Below, in pieces: positions 12,476 to 22,626 of a stretch of DNA of 64,000 nucleotides. Both the position numbers and the translations under genes were made by a program. Source of the stretch: an uncultured Verrucomicrobiae bacterium. Its GTDB lineage: Bacteria > Verrucomicrobiota > Verrucomicrobiia > Chthoniobacterales > JAFAMB01. The notes below the pieces were generated by a model. That model made no database searches. It saw only the letters and a list, made by a program, of their open reading frames with translations, and had not been told where the DNA came from. Each line of letters opens with the position of its first letter. Positions within the stretch are counted from its first letter, which is position 1. Where the stretch lies: contig CAWEXO010000011.1 of the NCBI GenBank assembly GCA_963813025.1, positions 192,001 through 256,000 of the forward strand, read 5' to 3'.

Positions 12476-12515
12476 TTTGACGTCTCACGTTTCAGGTTTC
12501 GCGTCGGAAGAAGGT

Positions 12516-12659
12516 TAACCACAGATTTCACAGATTTTCACAGATTCGGAGAAGACGAAGGCGGCTTCGGGCCAAACGCGACAGCAATTCGCGGCTTCCA
12601 ACATTCGCAAAAACTTTTGGCTAGTTTGAATCGGTGAAAATCGGTGCAATCTGTGGTTA
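12516..12659. repeat. Periodic hairpin repeat (aaccacagatttcacagatt family), copy 1
   Basis: taaccacagatttcacagattttcacagatt ... aatcggtgaaaatcggtgcaatctgtggtta, inserted between purQ and purL. Confidence 0.8.
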
Positions 12660-12676
12660 CCCTTACGTTTTACGTT

Positions 12677-13366
12677 TCACGCTGCGAGCTGCATCATCGA
12701 GCGGAATAACAACAGCCCGTCGACGCTGCCGAGGCGCGCATCCCAAGCTCGATCAGGGTGCGGCATCATGCCCAGAACGTTGCGCGCTGGGTTACAAATC
12801 GCCGCGATGTTCGCCACGCTCCCGTTGGGGTTGGATTTGTCATCAGGCCGGCCAGAGGCATTCACGTAACGAAAAACGATCTGCTCATTGGCTCCCAGAT
12901 CTGCAATTGATTCGGGAGTTGCGAAAAAGGCGCCTTCGCCGTGCGCGACCGGCATTTGCAAGAGCTGTCCGCGTTCGAATCCGACCGTAAAGGGAGTATC
13001 CTGGGTTTCAACGCGCAGCCAGACGTTTCGGCAGACAAATTCCAGAGAACGATTTCGGATCAACGCGCCGGGTAAAAGCCCGGCTTCGCAAAGGATCTGG
13101 AAACCATTGCAAATACCAATTACTGGTATTTGCGTTTCGGCTGCTTCCCGGACCGCTTGCATAATGGGTGAAAACCGGGCGATCGCGCCGCATCGCAGAT
13201 AGTCACCGTAGGAAAAACCACCGGGTAGGACGATTGCGGAAAAGCCTTCCAAACTGGTTTCCTTGTGCCAGACGTAATGCGCCTCGACGCCCAGACCGTC
13301 CGTGAGTGCGCGGAGGCAGTCCTGGTCGCAGTTTGATCCCGGGAATTGAATCACGGCGATCTTCAT
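12677..13366 (-). CDS. purQ: FGAM synthase glutaminase subunit PurQ
   Basis: [47 protein letters not shown]. Confidence 0.97.
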   Translation of the reverse strand: MKIAVIQFPGSNCDQDCLRALTDGLGVEAHYVWHKETSLEGFSAIVLPGGFSYGDYLRCGAIARFSPIMQAVREAAETQIPVIGICNGFQILCEAGLLPGALIRNRSLEFVCRNVWLRVETQDTPFTVGFERGQLLQMPVAHGEGAFFATPESIADLGANEQIVFRYVNASGRPDDKSNPNGSVANIAAICNPARNVLGMMPHPDRAWDARLGSVDGLLLFRSMMQLAA

Positions 13367-13614
13367 GAAGCTGCACCGGTCTCCGAGGGCGGCTCGATCG
13401 CATAGTCCTCGACGACCGGGTTGGAGAGAAGATCTCGGCAAATTTCCTCGAGCTTTTCTCTGTCGGGCGCTTCGCTGAACTCGAGTTCCAGGAATTTGCC
13501 GACGCGCACCTGGGAAATCGTTTCGAGACCGACTTCGCGGATCGCGTTGCGCACCGCCACGCCCTGAGGATCCAATACGGTTTGTTTCGGCATTACTGTC
13601 ACGTGCAGCTTCAT
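13363..13614 (-). CDS. purS: FGAM synthase subunit PurS
   Basis: [31 protein letters not shown] overlap with purQ. Confidence 0.95.
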   Translation of the reverse strand: MKLHVTVMPKQTVLDPQGVAVRNAIREVGLETISQVRVGKFLELEFSEAPDREKLEEICRDLLSNPVVEDYAIEPPSETGAAS

Positions 13615-13814
13615 CGGAGGAAATCCATACTCGGGGTCGTTGCCGGACTCGTCAAGGAGGGCTGCGGCTGACGACCCGGGCGAAAATCTCGCATTGATAT
13701 GGATCGGCGCGGACATCCTGCGACTCCTGTAATCCTGCTCATCCTGCTCCGTTCCTTCACATTCCGTCCGCTTTGAAGTAGTATTTTCCGCTCGCATGCG
13801 CTTAAGATAGGACC

Positions 13815-14677
13815 GTGTTCAGTCTGACCCTTCTCGGCAGTGGGAGTCGGGGAACTGCGCGCTCCTAGCTACCGGGACCTGCCGCGTTCTGATCGATGCC
13901 GGACTCAGCGCGCGCCAGATCTGCCAACGACTGCAGAACGTTGGTGTCTCTCCAGAGTCGATCAATGCGATCCTGGTCACACACGAGCACGCGGATCATG
14001 TGACCGGGCTGGAGGTTTTTTGCCGGAAATATCCGGTACCGGTCTACTGTAACGCCCGCACAGCGGAATCACTGAGCTATGGGGGGCTGGCGGAGCATTG
14101 CTTTTGGCGTTTGTTTGAGACCGGATCGGTTTTCGAACTGAAGGATCTTGTTGTTCAAACATTTTATGTGCCGCACGATGCGGTTGATCCTGTTGCATAC
14201 GTGTTCACCAACGGGTGCGGATCAATCGGGTATTTGACTGACTTGGGTTACGCGCCTCGACTCGCGCGAGAACGGTTGCGCGATGTTAATACCCTCGTGA
14301 TTGAAACGAATCACGACGAACGCATGCTCCAGGACGACGCTCGCCGTCCCTGGTCAGTCAAGCAACGGATCCTTTCCCGGCATGGTCATTTGTCAAACGG
14401 CGCTGCGGCCCGATTTGTCGCGGAGATCGCCGGCAACGATTTACGCCGGGTCATCCTGGGACACCTGAGCCTCGAGTGTAACACGCCCGATCTGGCTCTT
14501 GCCGCGATGGACGCGCTGGGGTTGGCCGACCTCGAGTTGCACTGTGCCAGCCAGCATCAGGTGAGTCCTGCTTTCCAAATTGAGAGAAAGCCGCGATCAA
14601 CGATGCAGGAGAAGGTAAATCCAGTTCGCCATGATCGCCGCCCCGAGAGCGACGGCCAACGGCTTTTTGATTTGTGA
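13815..14677 (+). CDS. MBL-fold metallo-hydrolase (YycJ/WalJ-like; frameshift at ~13848)
   Basis: GTG start, LGSGS.GNC, LIDAGLS, THEHADH, VPHDAVDP, TDLG, IETNHD, HGHLSN, LGHLS. Confidence 0.88.
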
Positions 14678-15034
14678 TCCATTCACCGGCAAACGGATAG
14701 CCGGATAGCGCAAAGTGAGTACGGCGACGGCATAAAGATCGACCAGCAGCACCGCGCAAAAAAGAAGGCACATGAGTGGGTTGAGCAGAAAAGCGCGTCC
14801 AAACTGGCCGTGGACGAGTCCGAGCGCGCAGCGCGTAGATCCGCAGGCTGGGCAAGGGATTCCAAACAGGTGTCGTAGCCAACACTTCGGCCAGGGCAAA
14901 CCGAGATACAGCCAACCTAAACAGCCGGCTCCGAAAGCGACTGTACCGGCGAGGAACCAGGCGATCGCTTGCCTCTGCGCTGCCGAGTCGGTTGCGCTCT
15001 GGTTAAAAGCCGGTTTTGAAATAAACGATTCCAA
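14597..15034 (-). CDS. DUF2752-family membrane protein (start uncertain)
   Basis: C..RHLFGIPCPACGSTR ... AFLLNPL signature. Confidence 0.8.
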   Translation of the reverse strand: MESFISKPAFNQSATDSAAQRQAIAWFLAGTVAFGAGCLGWLYLGLPWPKCWLRHLFGIPCPACGSTRCALGLVHGQFGRAFLLNPLMCLLFCAVLLVDLYAVAVLTLRYPAIRLPVNGSQIKKPLAVALGAAIMANWIYLLLHR

Positions 15035-15113
15035 AATGCTTAGAATTTCTTCCTTCAAAGAGCAGCAGAAATCTTCGGCGTAGTGGAAACTTCGGCTGCC
15101 GCAGCTTACATTA

Positions 15114-15155
15114 CTCACAAACCTCTTCGACTGCCTAGGCGAAGAGGTTTGCGAG
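15114..15155. repeat. Stem-loop between the Yip1 and DUF2752 genes
   Basis: ctcacaaacctcttcg / cgaagaggtttgcgag near-perfect inverted repeat; no clear U-tract. Confidence 0.55.
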
Positions 15156-15165
15156 CAATGCGGGC

Positions 15166-16047
15166 CTAATGAAGATCTCGTTGGGCTTGGCTAAGAGCAA
15201 AGAAAACCAGGCCGATTCCTGCGGCAAAACAGAGTAGAAATGGGGCAAGCAGAGCCACACCCGCTTTCCACGTTTCGATTTCGTGCACCCGGCGCAGCCC
15301 GGTTACACCGACGATGAGAAACCAGACCATGCTCACCAGAACGCCGATGCACGGTACAATGGTAAAAATGCTCGCGGCATTGGAGTAGCTCACAACTTTG
15401 TAGGTGGCGGCGTAGCCACGTCGATTACCGCCGACCAGCATGAGCACCAGGTGATAAATCCCGGACGCCACGAAGTTCCACGCGAGAGCCAGGAAAAAGC
15501 CGAGCACGGCGACGATTGGCAGGAAAGCAGTCGGGGTGGCCAAGCCGAGATCCGTTTCATTGGCGTGCGCCAAGCTCCGGCTCAAAGGGAAAAACGCCAG
15601 ATTGAGAAGGACCGAAACAAGTAGTGATAAGCCGATAATGATGGCGTAGAACCCGGTGGCACGCCCGATCTGCCCGTTCACCGGCAATCGGGCAAAGGTG
15701 GGACCGGGTTCAAAGAGCACTTGACGGAAAGTCGTGAAAAAAGCTTTGGTCAGAGGCATGCCTCCCGGATTCTCCCAAGCCGGAGCGGGTTCGGTCGAGG
15801 CCGCCACCAGCTGAGCCTGCGGCGCGCTTTCACTGGGGAGAACAGCAGGGATCGCCTGTCCGGCTCCTTCCGGTTCAGGCGGCGGAATCCGTACTCCAGG
15901 AAGTTCCGAAAGAGGTTTCCAGGCCGGCATCCCTTCCTGCCATGCGAGGTCGGTCGGAACGAGTTGTCCTTGTTCCAAGCGGCGTTGCACCTCTTCCAGC
16001 GAAAACGTGCCAACGTTCTGTCCGGCGCGGTTGATCCAGATTGTCAT
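15166..16047 (-). CDS. GYF_2 (DUF4339) + Yip1-domain membrane protein
   Basis: N-terminal GQNVGTFSLEEV...DLAWQEGMPAWKPL; Pro-rich linker; WEN...F.TFRQVLFEP followed by several TM helices. Confidence 0.82.
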   Translation of the reverse strand: MTIWINRAGQNVGTFSLEEVQRRLEQGQLVPTDLAWQEGMPAWKPLSELPGVRIPPPEPEGAGQAIPAVLPSESAPQAQLVAASTEPAPAWENPGGMPLTKAFFTTFRQVLFEPGPTFARLPVNGQIGRATGFYAIIIGLSLLVSVLLNLAFFPLSRSLAHANETDLGLATPTAFLPIVAVLGFFLALAWNFVASGIYHLVLMLVGGNRRGYAATYKVVSYSNAASIFTIVPCIGVLVSMVWFLIVGVTGLRRVHEIETWKAGVALLAPFLLCFAAGIGLVFFALSQAQRDLH

Positions 16048-16441
16048 GACCTCTCGCGTTGTAGAGTATCGAGGCGAAGATGCCAACGCCGAAAATGGAT
16101 GGCGGAAGGAAATCGTCGCCCGTCCTGGATGAGCTCCCGAGTACGGACAAGCCTTCGCCGCGGCCCGGATATGGAATGGCACAAACGTTTGACCGGAGGG
16201 CGCGCCATAGCCTTGCGGAGGCGGCCTGCTCGTCCAAATCGAGACGCGATCCAACACTAGGAGGTCAAGCTGGAGCTTGCCCCTGGCGACTTTGGGTAGT
16301 TGCGAGACAATCGCTTGAGAGCGGCCCTCGGCGCTGAAGCGCAGGCCTACTTTCTTGCACCTCCTTCCTTCTTCGCGAAACCTTCGGCGGGCACAGCCGG
16401 AGCGAGAGCAAAGATCCAACAGGTGGACCATCAAGCTCTCG

Positions 16442-17620
16442 TTACCGGCCCAAAAAGTCGCCCAGGATCGCGTATGCTTGGATCCGGTCGCACAGAATTT
16501 TGGTTGTAGCCAAAATCGGAACCGCCAAAAGCATCCCGGGAACTCCCCAAAGCCAGCCCCAAAAGAGGAAAGAAAGAATGATCGCGAGCGGATTAAGGGT
16601 CATCCACCGGCCAAGAATATGAGGAGTGATAAAGTTGCTCTCCGCCGCATTGAGAAGCAGGTAGAGAGCTGGGCAGAGACTCGCGTACCAGACGCTGTCA
16701 AACTGGATCAGCGCCGCAACGGCCACCATCGCGATCCCACAGGCTGAGCCGATGAAAGGAATATAGTTCAAGAGAAAAGCGACCGCGCCCCACATCACGC
16801 CATTGTGCAAGCCCAGCAGAGTCAGGCCCAGACCGACACAGAACCCGAGGCCAAGGTTCAACAGGGTTACCGACGTCAAATAACGCGAGATTAACCCCTG
16901 AATTTCTTCCGCAATCTCCACGACGCGCCGCTTATCATCAAATGTCGGGACGGCCTTCACGATTTTCAACAGGGTCGAGCGTTGGTGGGCCAGGAGGAAA
17001 TAGCCCAGGACAAGAACAACAACGACCCTGGCGAGAAATGCGGGCGTTTGACTAAAAAGAATCTGTAGAAGGGAATTCTGGCGAAAGGCGACCAGCATGG
17101 CCGCAGAACCCTCGTTTGAGCGCACCAGCCGTTCCACCTGCTGGGAGGTTCGGCCTAGCTCATGCCAGGGTCCGAGTAAAAAGGCGGTCTTACTCTGAAT
17201 CTTCCCGATATATGTCGGGAAATCACTCATAAAGGCAGCCAACGGTTGCTTCACCAACGACCCAACGCTGAGCAGACAAATTAGCAGAATCAGCACGGCC
17301 AGAACGGACCCGAGCGGCGCGGGAATATGAAACTTTCGGAGAAAGCGAACAATCGGCATCAAAAGAAAACTCATTAAGACCGCCAGGACAACCGGCAGAA
17401 CGAATTCGGAAGCGAAATACAGCGTGTAAAAAACTGCTAAAATAAATAAGCCGCTTATCGCGATTGACTTAATACTGGCGGGAGAAGCAGCGGCAGTTTG
17501 CACCGACTCCGGAAACGGAGTTGGCGGTGCTTCGCCCGGCTGCTCCACCGGAAGATCAGTCCCGGCCAGCGAAGGATCGCGTTTTTCTAAACTGGCCAAG
17601 CCGCTATTCATCCCAAACAA
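16442..17620 (-). CDS. AI-2E (PerM/TqsA) family transporter
   Basis: LNYIPFIG, ESNFITPHILG, LNP, WGWLWGVPGMLLAVP. Confidence 0.92.
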   Translation of the reverse strand: MFGMNSGLASLEKRDPSLAGTDLPVEQPGEAPPTPFPESVQTAAASPASIKSIAISGLFILAVFYTLYFASEFVLPVVLAVLMSFLLMPIVRFLRKFHIPAPLGSVLAVLILLICLLSVGSLVKQPLAAFMSDFPTYIGKIQSKTAFLLGPWHELGRTSQQVERLVRSNEGSAAMLVAFRQNSLLQILFSQTPAFLARVVVVLVLGYFLLAHQRSTLLKIVKAVPTFDDKRRVVEIAEEIQGLISRYLTSVTLLNLGLGFCVGLGLTLLGLHNGVMWGAVAFLLNYIPFIGSACGIAMVAVAALIQFDSVWYASLCPALYLLLNAAESNFITPHILGRWMTLNPLAIILSFLFWGWLWGVPGMLLAVPILATTKILCDRIQAYAILGDFLGR

Positions 17621-17740
17621 GTATACCAGACAAGTTTCAATCGCGCCGGGCGCCTTCGCTGGTTGTGAAAATTGTCATGTGCAATGGGCCTCATAAGGCG
17701 TCAACTGGGGAGGAGGTCTCTGGAGGATGTCGAAGGCATG

Positions 17741-18052
17741 TCAATAGAAGGTGATAGTCGACTCCCCCACCCGGTGGATTGAAGTGGGTGGTCCAAAGTC
17801 TGGGTGCGGCAGGTCAGAGATCCGGCGAAGTTCAAACTTACCAATCTGCCGATTTGGACCGGGATTGATTGCCATCAGAATTAAATCAGCCGCTGTTTCG
17901 GCCAGCTCCGGTTCATTCCGGCTACGTCCGTAAGGGTCGACGATTTTCACCTTGGCCACGCACCGCAGAACCTCCCCTGGCTGATCCGATTGACTGCCAT
18001 GGCCCGTGCCCGTCAGTTCGGCCGTAGACTCAAAAAAAGCGAACTCGCTCAT
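17741..18052 (-). CDS. Hypothetical protein
   Basis: 103-aa ATG-started ORF filling the spacer; no recognised motif. Confidence 0.4.
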   Translation of the reverse strand: MSEFAFFESTAELTGTGHGSQSDQPGEVLRCVAKVKIVDPYGRSRNEPELAETAADLILMAINPGPNRQIGKFELRRISDLPHPDFGPPTSIHRVGESTITFY

Positions 18053-18190
18053 CTCAGCTTGGACGAACCAAATTGCTCGTCATTCAGATTCGTGCGCCGG
18101 AATAAAAAGCCCCATATAATAAGCTCTAAGGATCCACCAGGGCGACTACTTTTTAGCGCCCCTTGGACCAGATCCACCCCGCCGTTTCCA

Positions 18191-19735
18191 ATGAAAAAAT
18201 CGATTCGCCAGCTCCAGGCCTACCGGGAAAAGAGGAAGTTTGCGAAAACACCGGAGCCAGAGGGGAAAATTCAGCCCGCCGGAAAACACCCCCGCTTTGT
18301 TGTCCAAATGCATGCCGCGACGCGTCTGCATTACGATTTTCGGTTGGAAGCTGACGGTGTGCTGAAGAGCTGGGCAGTACCCAAAGGTCCATCGCCCAAC
18401 CCCAAGGACAAGCGTCTCGCCGTGCAAGTCGAAGATCATCCCCTCGATTATATCGACTTCGAAGGCATTATTCCCGAAGGAAATTACGGAGCAGGCCAGG
18501 TGATCGTGTGGGACCGCGGCTTTTTTGAGCCGGTCGGCGATCCGGTTTCAGCCGGAATAGAGAAGGGGCACGTAACGGTGATCCTCCAGGGCGAAAAACT
18601 GCAAGGCGAGTTTGCGCTCGTCCGTCTCAAGAACGATGCCGACAAACGCAATTGGCTGCTCATCAAAGCCAACGACGAATTTGCTTCGGCCGAGCCTCTC
18701 ACCGATCACCGCTCGGTACTGTCGCGGCGGACTCTGGCCATGATTAAAAAGGAGAAGTCGCCAAAGCGCTGGATCAGCCGGCGAAAAAAAAATACCGAAA
18801 AGAATACCGTCATCCCGGCCGAATTCAGCCCCATGCTCCCGCAATCCTCTTCGGCTCCGTTCGACGACCCGGACTGGATCTTCGAGCCCAAGTGGGACGG
18901 ATACCGCGCGATTGCCATTCTGCAACCCAACGGTTTCAAATTGGTTTCGCGAAACGCCAAGTCTTTACAGGATCGTTTCCCGGAAATTGTGAACGCCTTG
19001 CGCGAATCAGGATTGACCGGCTTGCTGGATGGGGAAATCGTCGCGGTCGATACTCAAGGGATCCCCCGTTTTCAGCTGCTGCAGAATTCGGCTGCTACGC
19101 CGGCTGAGTCGATCATTTACGAAGTATTCGATGCGCCTTATCTCGACGGCGAAAACCTGACCGGTTTCCCGCTGCTGGAGCGGAAGGAACGATTGCGGAA
19201 ACTTCTGCCGGCCGGCGCCAATGTTCGTTACAGTGATCATGTGGTTGGGCGCGGTCGGGACTTTTTTGCCGTCGCGACGCGACGCGGTTTAGAAGGGATG
19301 ATTGCCAAGAAAGGCGCCAGTCTCTATGAGCCGGGGAAGCGCACGAGCAATTGGCTAAAGATCAAAGCCAGAGCCCAGCAAGAGGCGATCATTTGCGGTT
19401 ATACCGAAGGCAAAGGGTCACGAAGCCGTTTCGGTTCTATCATCCTCGGTGTCTACGATGACCGCGAGCGACTGCGCTACGCGGGGCATACCGGCACGGG
19501 ATTTACGGAAAAGACAATCGATGATCTGCTCGGCAGGTTTAAACTTTTGATCAGTGCTCAGTGCCCGTTTGCCACCCGCCCCAAGACTAATGGCAAAACG
19601 TTCTGGCTCGAACCCAAACTGATTTGCGAAGTCGCATTCCAAGAGTGGACCGGCGAAGGTATTATGCGGCAACCCGCTTACCTGGGTTTGCGGGACGACA
19701 AGAACCCGGCCGAGGTCAGGCGAGAACCATTGTAA
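18191..19735 (+). CDS. ligD: NHEJ ligase LigD: phosphoesterase + ATP-dependent ligase domains, no polymerase domain
   Basis: PE domain YREKRKF..TPEP, HAATRLHYDFRLE, SWAVPKGPS, EDHPLDY. Ligase motif I EPKWDGYR, DGEIV, EGMIAK, WLKIK, LRDDK. Confidence 0.93.
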   Translation: MKKSIRQLQAYREKRKFAKTPEPEGKIQPAGKHPRFVVQMHAATRLHYDFRLEADGVLKSWAVPKGPSPNPKDKRLAVQVEDHPLDYIDFEGIIPEGNYGAGQVIVWDRGFFEPVGDPVSAGIEKGHVTVILQGEKLQGEFALVRLKNDADKRNWLLIKANDEFASAEPLTDHRSVLSRRTLAMIKKEKSPKRWISRRKKNTEKNTVIPAEFSPMLPQSSSAPFDDPDWIFEPKWDGYRAIAILQPNGFKLVSRNAKSLQDRFPEIVNALRESGLTGLLDGEIVAVDTQGIPRFQLLQNSAATPAESIIYEVFDAPYLDGENLTGFPLLERKERLRKLLPAGANVRYSDHVVGRGRDFFAVATRRGLEGMIAKKGASLYEPGKRTSNWLKIKARAQQEAIICGYTEGKGSRSRFGSIILGVYDDRERLRYAGHTGTGFTEKTIDDLLGRFKLLISAQCPFATRPKTNGKTFWLEPKLICEVAFQEWTGEGIMRQPAYLGLRDDKNPAEVRREPL

Positions 19736-19866
19736 ATGCCACAAATCAAAAAACGCCACAAATGCCACAAATAGAGGATCGTTCATTCGGACCTGTGGAT
19801 CGCGCGAAGAACGCTCTCTTTATTCGTGGCATTTGTGGCATTTTTTGATTTGTGGCATTTACAATG
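19728..19866. repeat. 49-bp inverted repeat hairpin (gccacaaat 9-mer family), copy 1
   Basis: Arms at 19728-19776 and 19818-19866 with 3 mismatches by eye; the left arm contains the ligD TAA. Confidence 0.85.
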
Positions 19867-19916
19867 TTGCTACGGCGAAGCAATCGATAGACTGTTAGCA
19901 AACTATCGTAACCCCT

Positions 19917-20135
19917 ATGACAAAGGAAATTCATCGACTTGACTATGTTCGCGAGGGTACCCGCTACACCATTCATGTGGAACAAGCAGACGATGGTGTT
20001 CGCTGGGGAACATGGAACTGCCAGGAATGCAATACCGGCGGCTCGACTAATAAACCCGCCGCCGACATTGACAGTGCCGTTGATGCGGCGAAAGCCGACC
20101 TGGAACGGCATCACACGATTCACCACAAGGTTTAA
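19917..20135 (+). CDS. Small hypothetical protein with CxxC and His-rich end (possible Zn binding)
   Basis: 72 aa, WNCQECNTGG ... LERHHTIHH. Confidence 0.6.
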   Translation: MTKEIHRLDYVREGTRYTIHVEQADDGVRWGTWNCQECNTGGSTNKPAADIDSAVDAAKADLERHHTIHHKV

Positions 20136-20139
20136 ATAT

Positions 20140-20246
20140 TGCGAATGCCACAATAAAAGATCCTGCCTTCGAACCCGCAAGCAGTGCGAAAAATGACCTC
20201 ATCTTTTGTGGCATTTGTGATTTTTTTTGATCTGCGGCATTTACAC
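20140..20246. repeat. gccacaaat family hairpin, degenerate copy 2
   Basis: aatgccacaataaaaga ... tcttttgtggcatttgtgatttttttgatctgcggcatttaca. Confidence 0.75.
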
Positions 20247-20275
20247 AACATTCCGTTGGCTTTCACAGAGAACCG

Positions 20276-20419
20276 GTCTTGGAGTGCACTCGGCTTGTCG
20301 CCGCTGTCGGACCGGAGCGCGGCCTTCAATCAAGAATTCGGCACTCGCTGTTTCGTTCTCGGTCTAAGCCGCGCTCCGCGCTATCTCAAAGCGGCGACAA
20401 GTCGCACGCACTCCAAGAC
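20276..20419. repeat. REP-like inverted pair (ttggagtgc...cttgtcgccgct family)
   Basis: gtcttggagtgcactcggcttgtcgccgct ... agcggcgacaagtcgcacgcactccaagac; a half copy lies at 27571-27583. Confidence 0.75.
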
Positions 20420-20481
20420 ATGCTGTTAATTGGCATGGGCTTGGAAAGTGAAAAGCGGCCGTTTTAACCGGGTTGTTTCCA

Positions 20482-21453
20482 TCAAAACTTGCCGGGTGTC
20501 TGAAGTAATTTCTGCACTTCGGGGCTTTGATAATTCGCCGGAGTAATCAAGACTGGCGGCAATTCGACTTTCTTTTTCTCAACCGCTTGATGTTTCCGCG
20601 CCATATCGATGTAACCGACACCCTGGTAGCCCATCTGGTAGGGATCTTGCGCGATGATGGCCTGGATTGCGCCATTGGAAAAAAGAGGAAGCACTTCCGG
20701 GCTCGGATCGAACGTGACTACTTTTACCTTCTTCTCCAGGCCTTTTGCTTTCACTGCCTGACAGATTCCGACCGCTGTTGGCGCGCAGGCGGAGAAGAAG
20801 CCCGCAATGTTTGGATTTCCGTTCAGCAGATCGGCCGCAATGTTCAATGAGGTCGCGGCGTCCGCATTCGTCCATTGGGTTGGCAGCACCTTCATGTTCG
20901 GGTACTTCGCGATGGCGTCGCTGAACCCGGTGCTTCGCTTCGAACTGACTGAACCGGCCTGAATGCCGAGGTTCGCCACCAAACCTTTCTCGCCCAGGAG
21001 CTTGGCCATCTCCTGGCCCGCTCGGAAACCTCCATCATAGTTATCGCAGGTCACGCTGGCTTCCGGCAGATCGCTGTCAATGCCGGAATCCACCATGACA
21101 ACCGGTACTCCACTCTGGATCGCGTCCTGTACCGGTGGAATCAGGGCTTTGGAATCGAGCGCCGCCAGCAGGATGCCAGCCGGCTTGGATCGGGCAACGT
21201 TCCGGACCAGGTCGACCTGGCTGGCAATCTCGGTCTCGGTAGCAGGACCTTGATAGTCGATCTTGTAGCCGAGTTCTTTCGCCCGATCTTTGGCTCCTTT
21301 GACCAGGAACAGGTAAAACGTTGCCGAAGTCGATTTTGGGATGAAAACAATCGTTCCTTGATTCTGCGCCTGAGCAAAGAGGGAATCATGGGGAACACTA
21401 AAGCTGCAGAGGATGACGAGAAGGAAGAGGACTGCGGGAATGCGCTTTCTCAT
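20482..21453 (-). CDS. Sugar ABC transporter substrate-binding protein (RbsB-like)
   Basis: Signal peptide; GVPVVMVDSG, DNYDGG, R..GF, QDPYQMGY. Confidence 0.9.
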   Translation of the reverse strand: MRKRIPAVLFLLVILCSFSVPHDSLFAQAQNQGTIVFIPKSTSATFYLFLVKGAKDRAKELGYKIDYQGPATETEIASQVDLVRNVARSKPAGILLAALDSKALIPPVQDAIQSGVPVVMVDSGIDSDLPEASVTCDNYDGGFRAGQEMAKLLGEKGLVANLGIQAGSVSSKRSTGFSDAIAKYPNMKVLPTQWTNADAATSLNIAADLLNGNPNIAGFFSACAPTAVGICQAVKAKGLEKKVKVVTFDPSPEVLPLFSNGAIQAIIAQDPYQMGYQGVGYIDMARKHQAVEKKKVELPPVLITPANYQSPEVQKLLQTPGKF

Positions 21454-21558
21454 TGTATTTGATGGGGGGTTCCAAGAAGCTTTTCTATCCATCGGATAAG
21501 GCAAGAAATCAATTTGTAATGGGTGATCGTTTGTCCCCGAGTGCTGCCGCTCGGAAAA

Positions 21559-21614
21559 GTGGCACAGGCTTCCAGCCTGTCACGTTTCCCGGACCGGCAG
21601 GATGCCGGTTCCAC
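21559..21614. repeat. REP-like element (acaggcttccagcctgt / ccggcaggatgccgg family)
   Basis: gtggcacaggcttccagcctgtca...ccggcaggatgccggttccac; related copies at 45444, 46417, 52251 and 52831. Confidence 0.8.
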
Positions 21615-21628
21615 GACGGCCCCGATCT

Positions 21629-22606
21629 CTAAGTCTGCCTTCTGAACTGATCGATTGAGACTGCGGCGACGATGATGATACCGCTCACGACGTATTGCCA
21701 AAAGGCATTCACACCCAAGATGTTCAATCCGTTCCTGATCGTCGTCGCGATGATGGCGCCGATCAGGGTCGCCAAAATGTTTCCTTCGCCCCCAAATAAG
21801 CTGGTGCCTCCGATCACCACCGCGCCGATCGCCAGCAGTTCGTAACCGTTGCCGCCGGCGGGCTGGATCGTCGCTAAACGGGCTGATTCGATAATGGACG
21901 CTACTCCCGAAAGCAGACCGCAGGCAATGTACAGGGTCAACCGGACTGCTTTGGTATTGATCCCGGAGAGACTAGCCGCTTCGGCGTTGCTCCCGATCGC
22001 ATAGGTAAAGCGCCCAAACCGAGTATAGCGACAGATGAGGAACCCGACGAGGTAAACCACGAGCAAAATAAAGGTCGGAACTGGAACGAGGTTGAACAAC
22101 CGTCCCTGGCCGATCCACAGATAACGCTCGTCGAGGCCGAAAATCGGGATGCCTCTTGACAGAATCAGGGCCAATCCCCGCGCTATGCCCAGCATCCCCA
22201 ACGTCGCAATAAAGGGCGGCACGCGGAGGCGCGTGACGAAGATTCCATTGCACAGGCCGAGTACACCACCAGCAAGGAGGGTTGCGGTCAAACACAAAAA
22301 CAGGTTTGACGTTGCCTGAAAAACCAATCCGCCGACTACTGCGGAACACGCAAAGACTGACCCTACCGAGAGATCGATTCCGCCAGATAAAATGACGAGT
22401 GTTTGACCGACCGCAATTATCCCAATCACCGCGGTCTGTAACGTGATCTCCGAAATATTCCCGAAAGTCAGGAAGTAGGGCGAAAGGAAGGAGAGCACTA
22501 ACCACATCGCCACCAAAATCAGCAACATCGAGATCGCTTGATTCCGAGCGAATGTCCGAAGCGCTTTGATCAGGCTAGTGCGCGCTGGTTCCGAGCGGCT
22601 CGCCAT
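21629..22606 (-). CDS. Sugar ABC transporter permease (RbsC-like)
   Basis: GGIDLSVGS, PPFIATLG, AIGSNAEAA.LSG, YELLAIGAVVIGGTSLFGG. Confidence 0.93.
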   Translation of the reverse strand: MASRSEPARTSLIKALRTFARNQAISMLLILVAMWLVLSFLSPYFLTFGNISEITLQTAVIGIIAVGQTLVILSGGIDLSVGSVFACSAVVGGLVFQATSNLFLCLTATLLAGGVLGLCNGIFVTRLRVPPFIATLGMLGIARGLALILSRGIPIFGLDERYLWIGQGRLFNLVPVPTFILLVVYLVGFLICRYTRFGRFTYAIGSNAEAASLSGINTKAVRLTLYIACGLLSGVASIIESARLATIQPAGGNGYELLAIGAVVIGGTSLFGGEGNILATLIGAIIATTIRNGLNILGVNAFWQYVVSGIIIVAAVSIDQFRRQT

Positions 22607-22626
22607 GTTTAGTACACCGTCTACGG

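Noticed and set aside
13615..13814. Purine or ZTP riboswitch upstream of purS
   Set aside because: A gggtcgt/acgaccc stem exists, but I could not find the conserved aptamer motifs.
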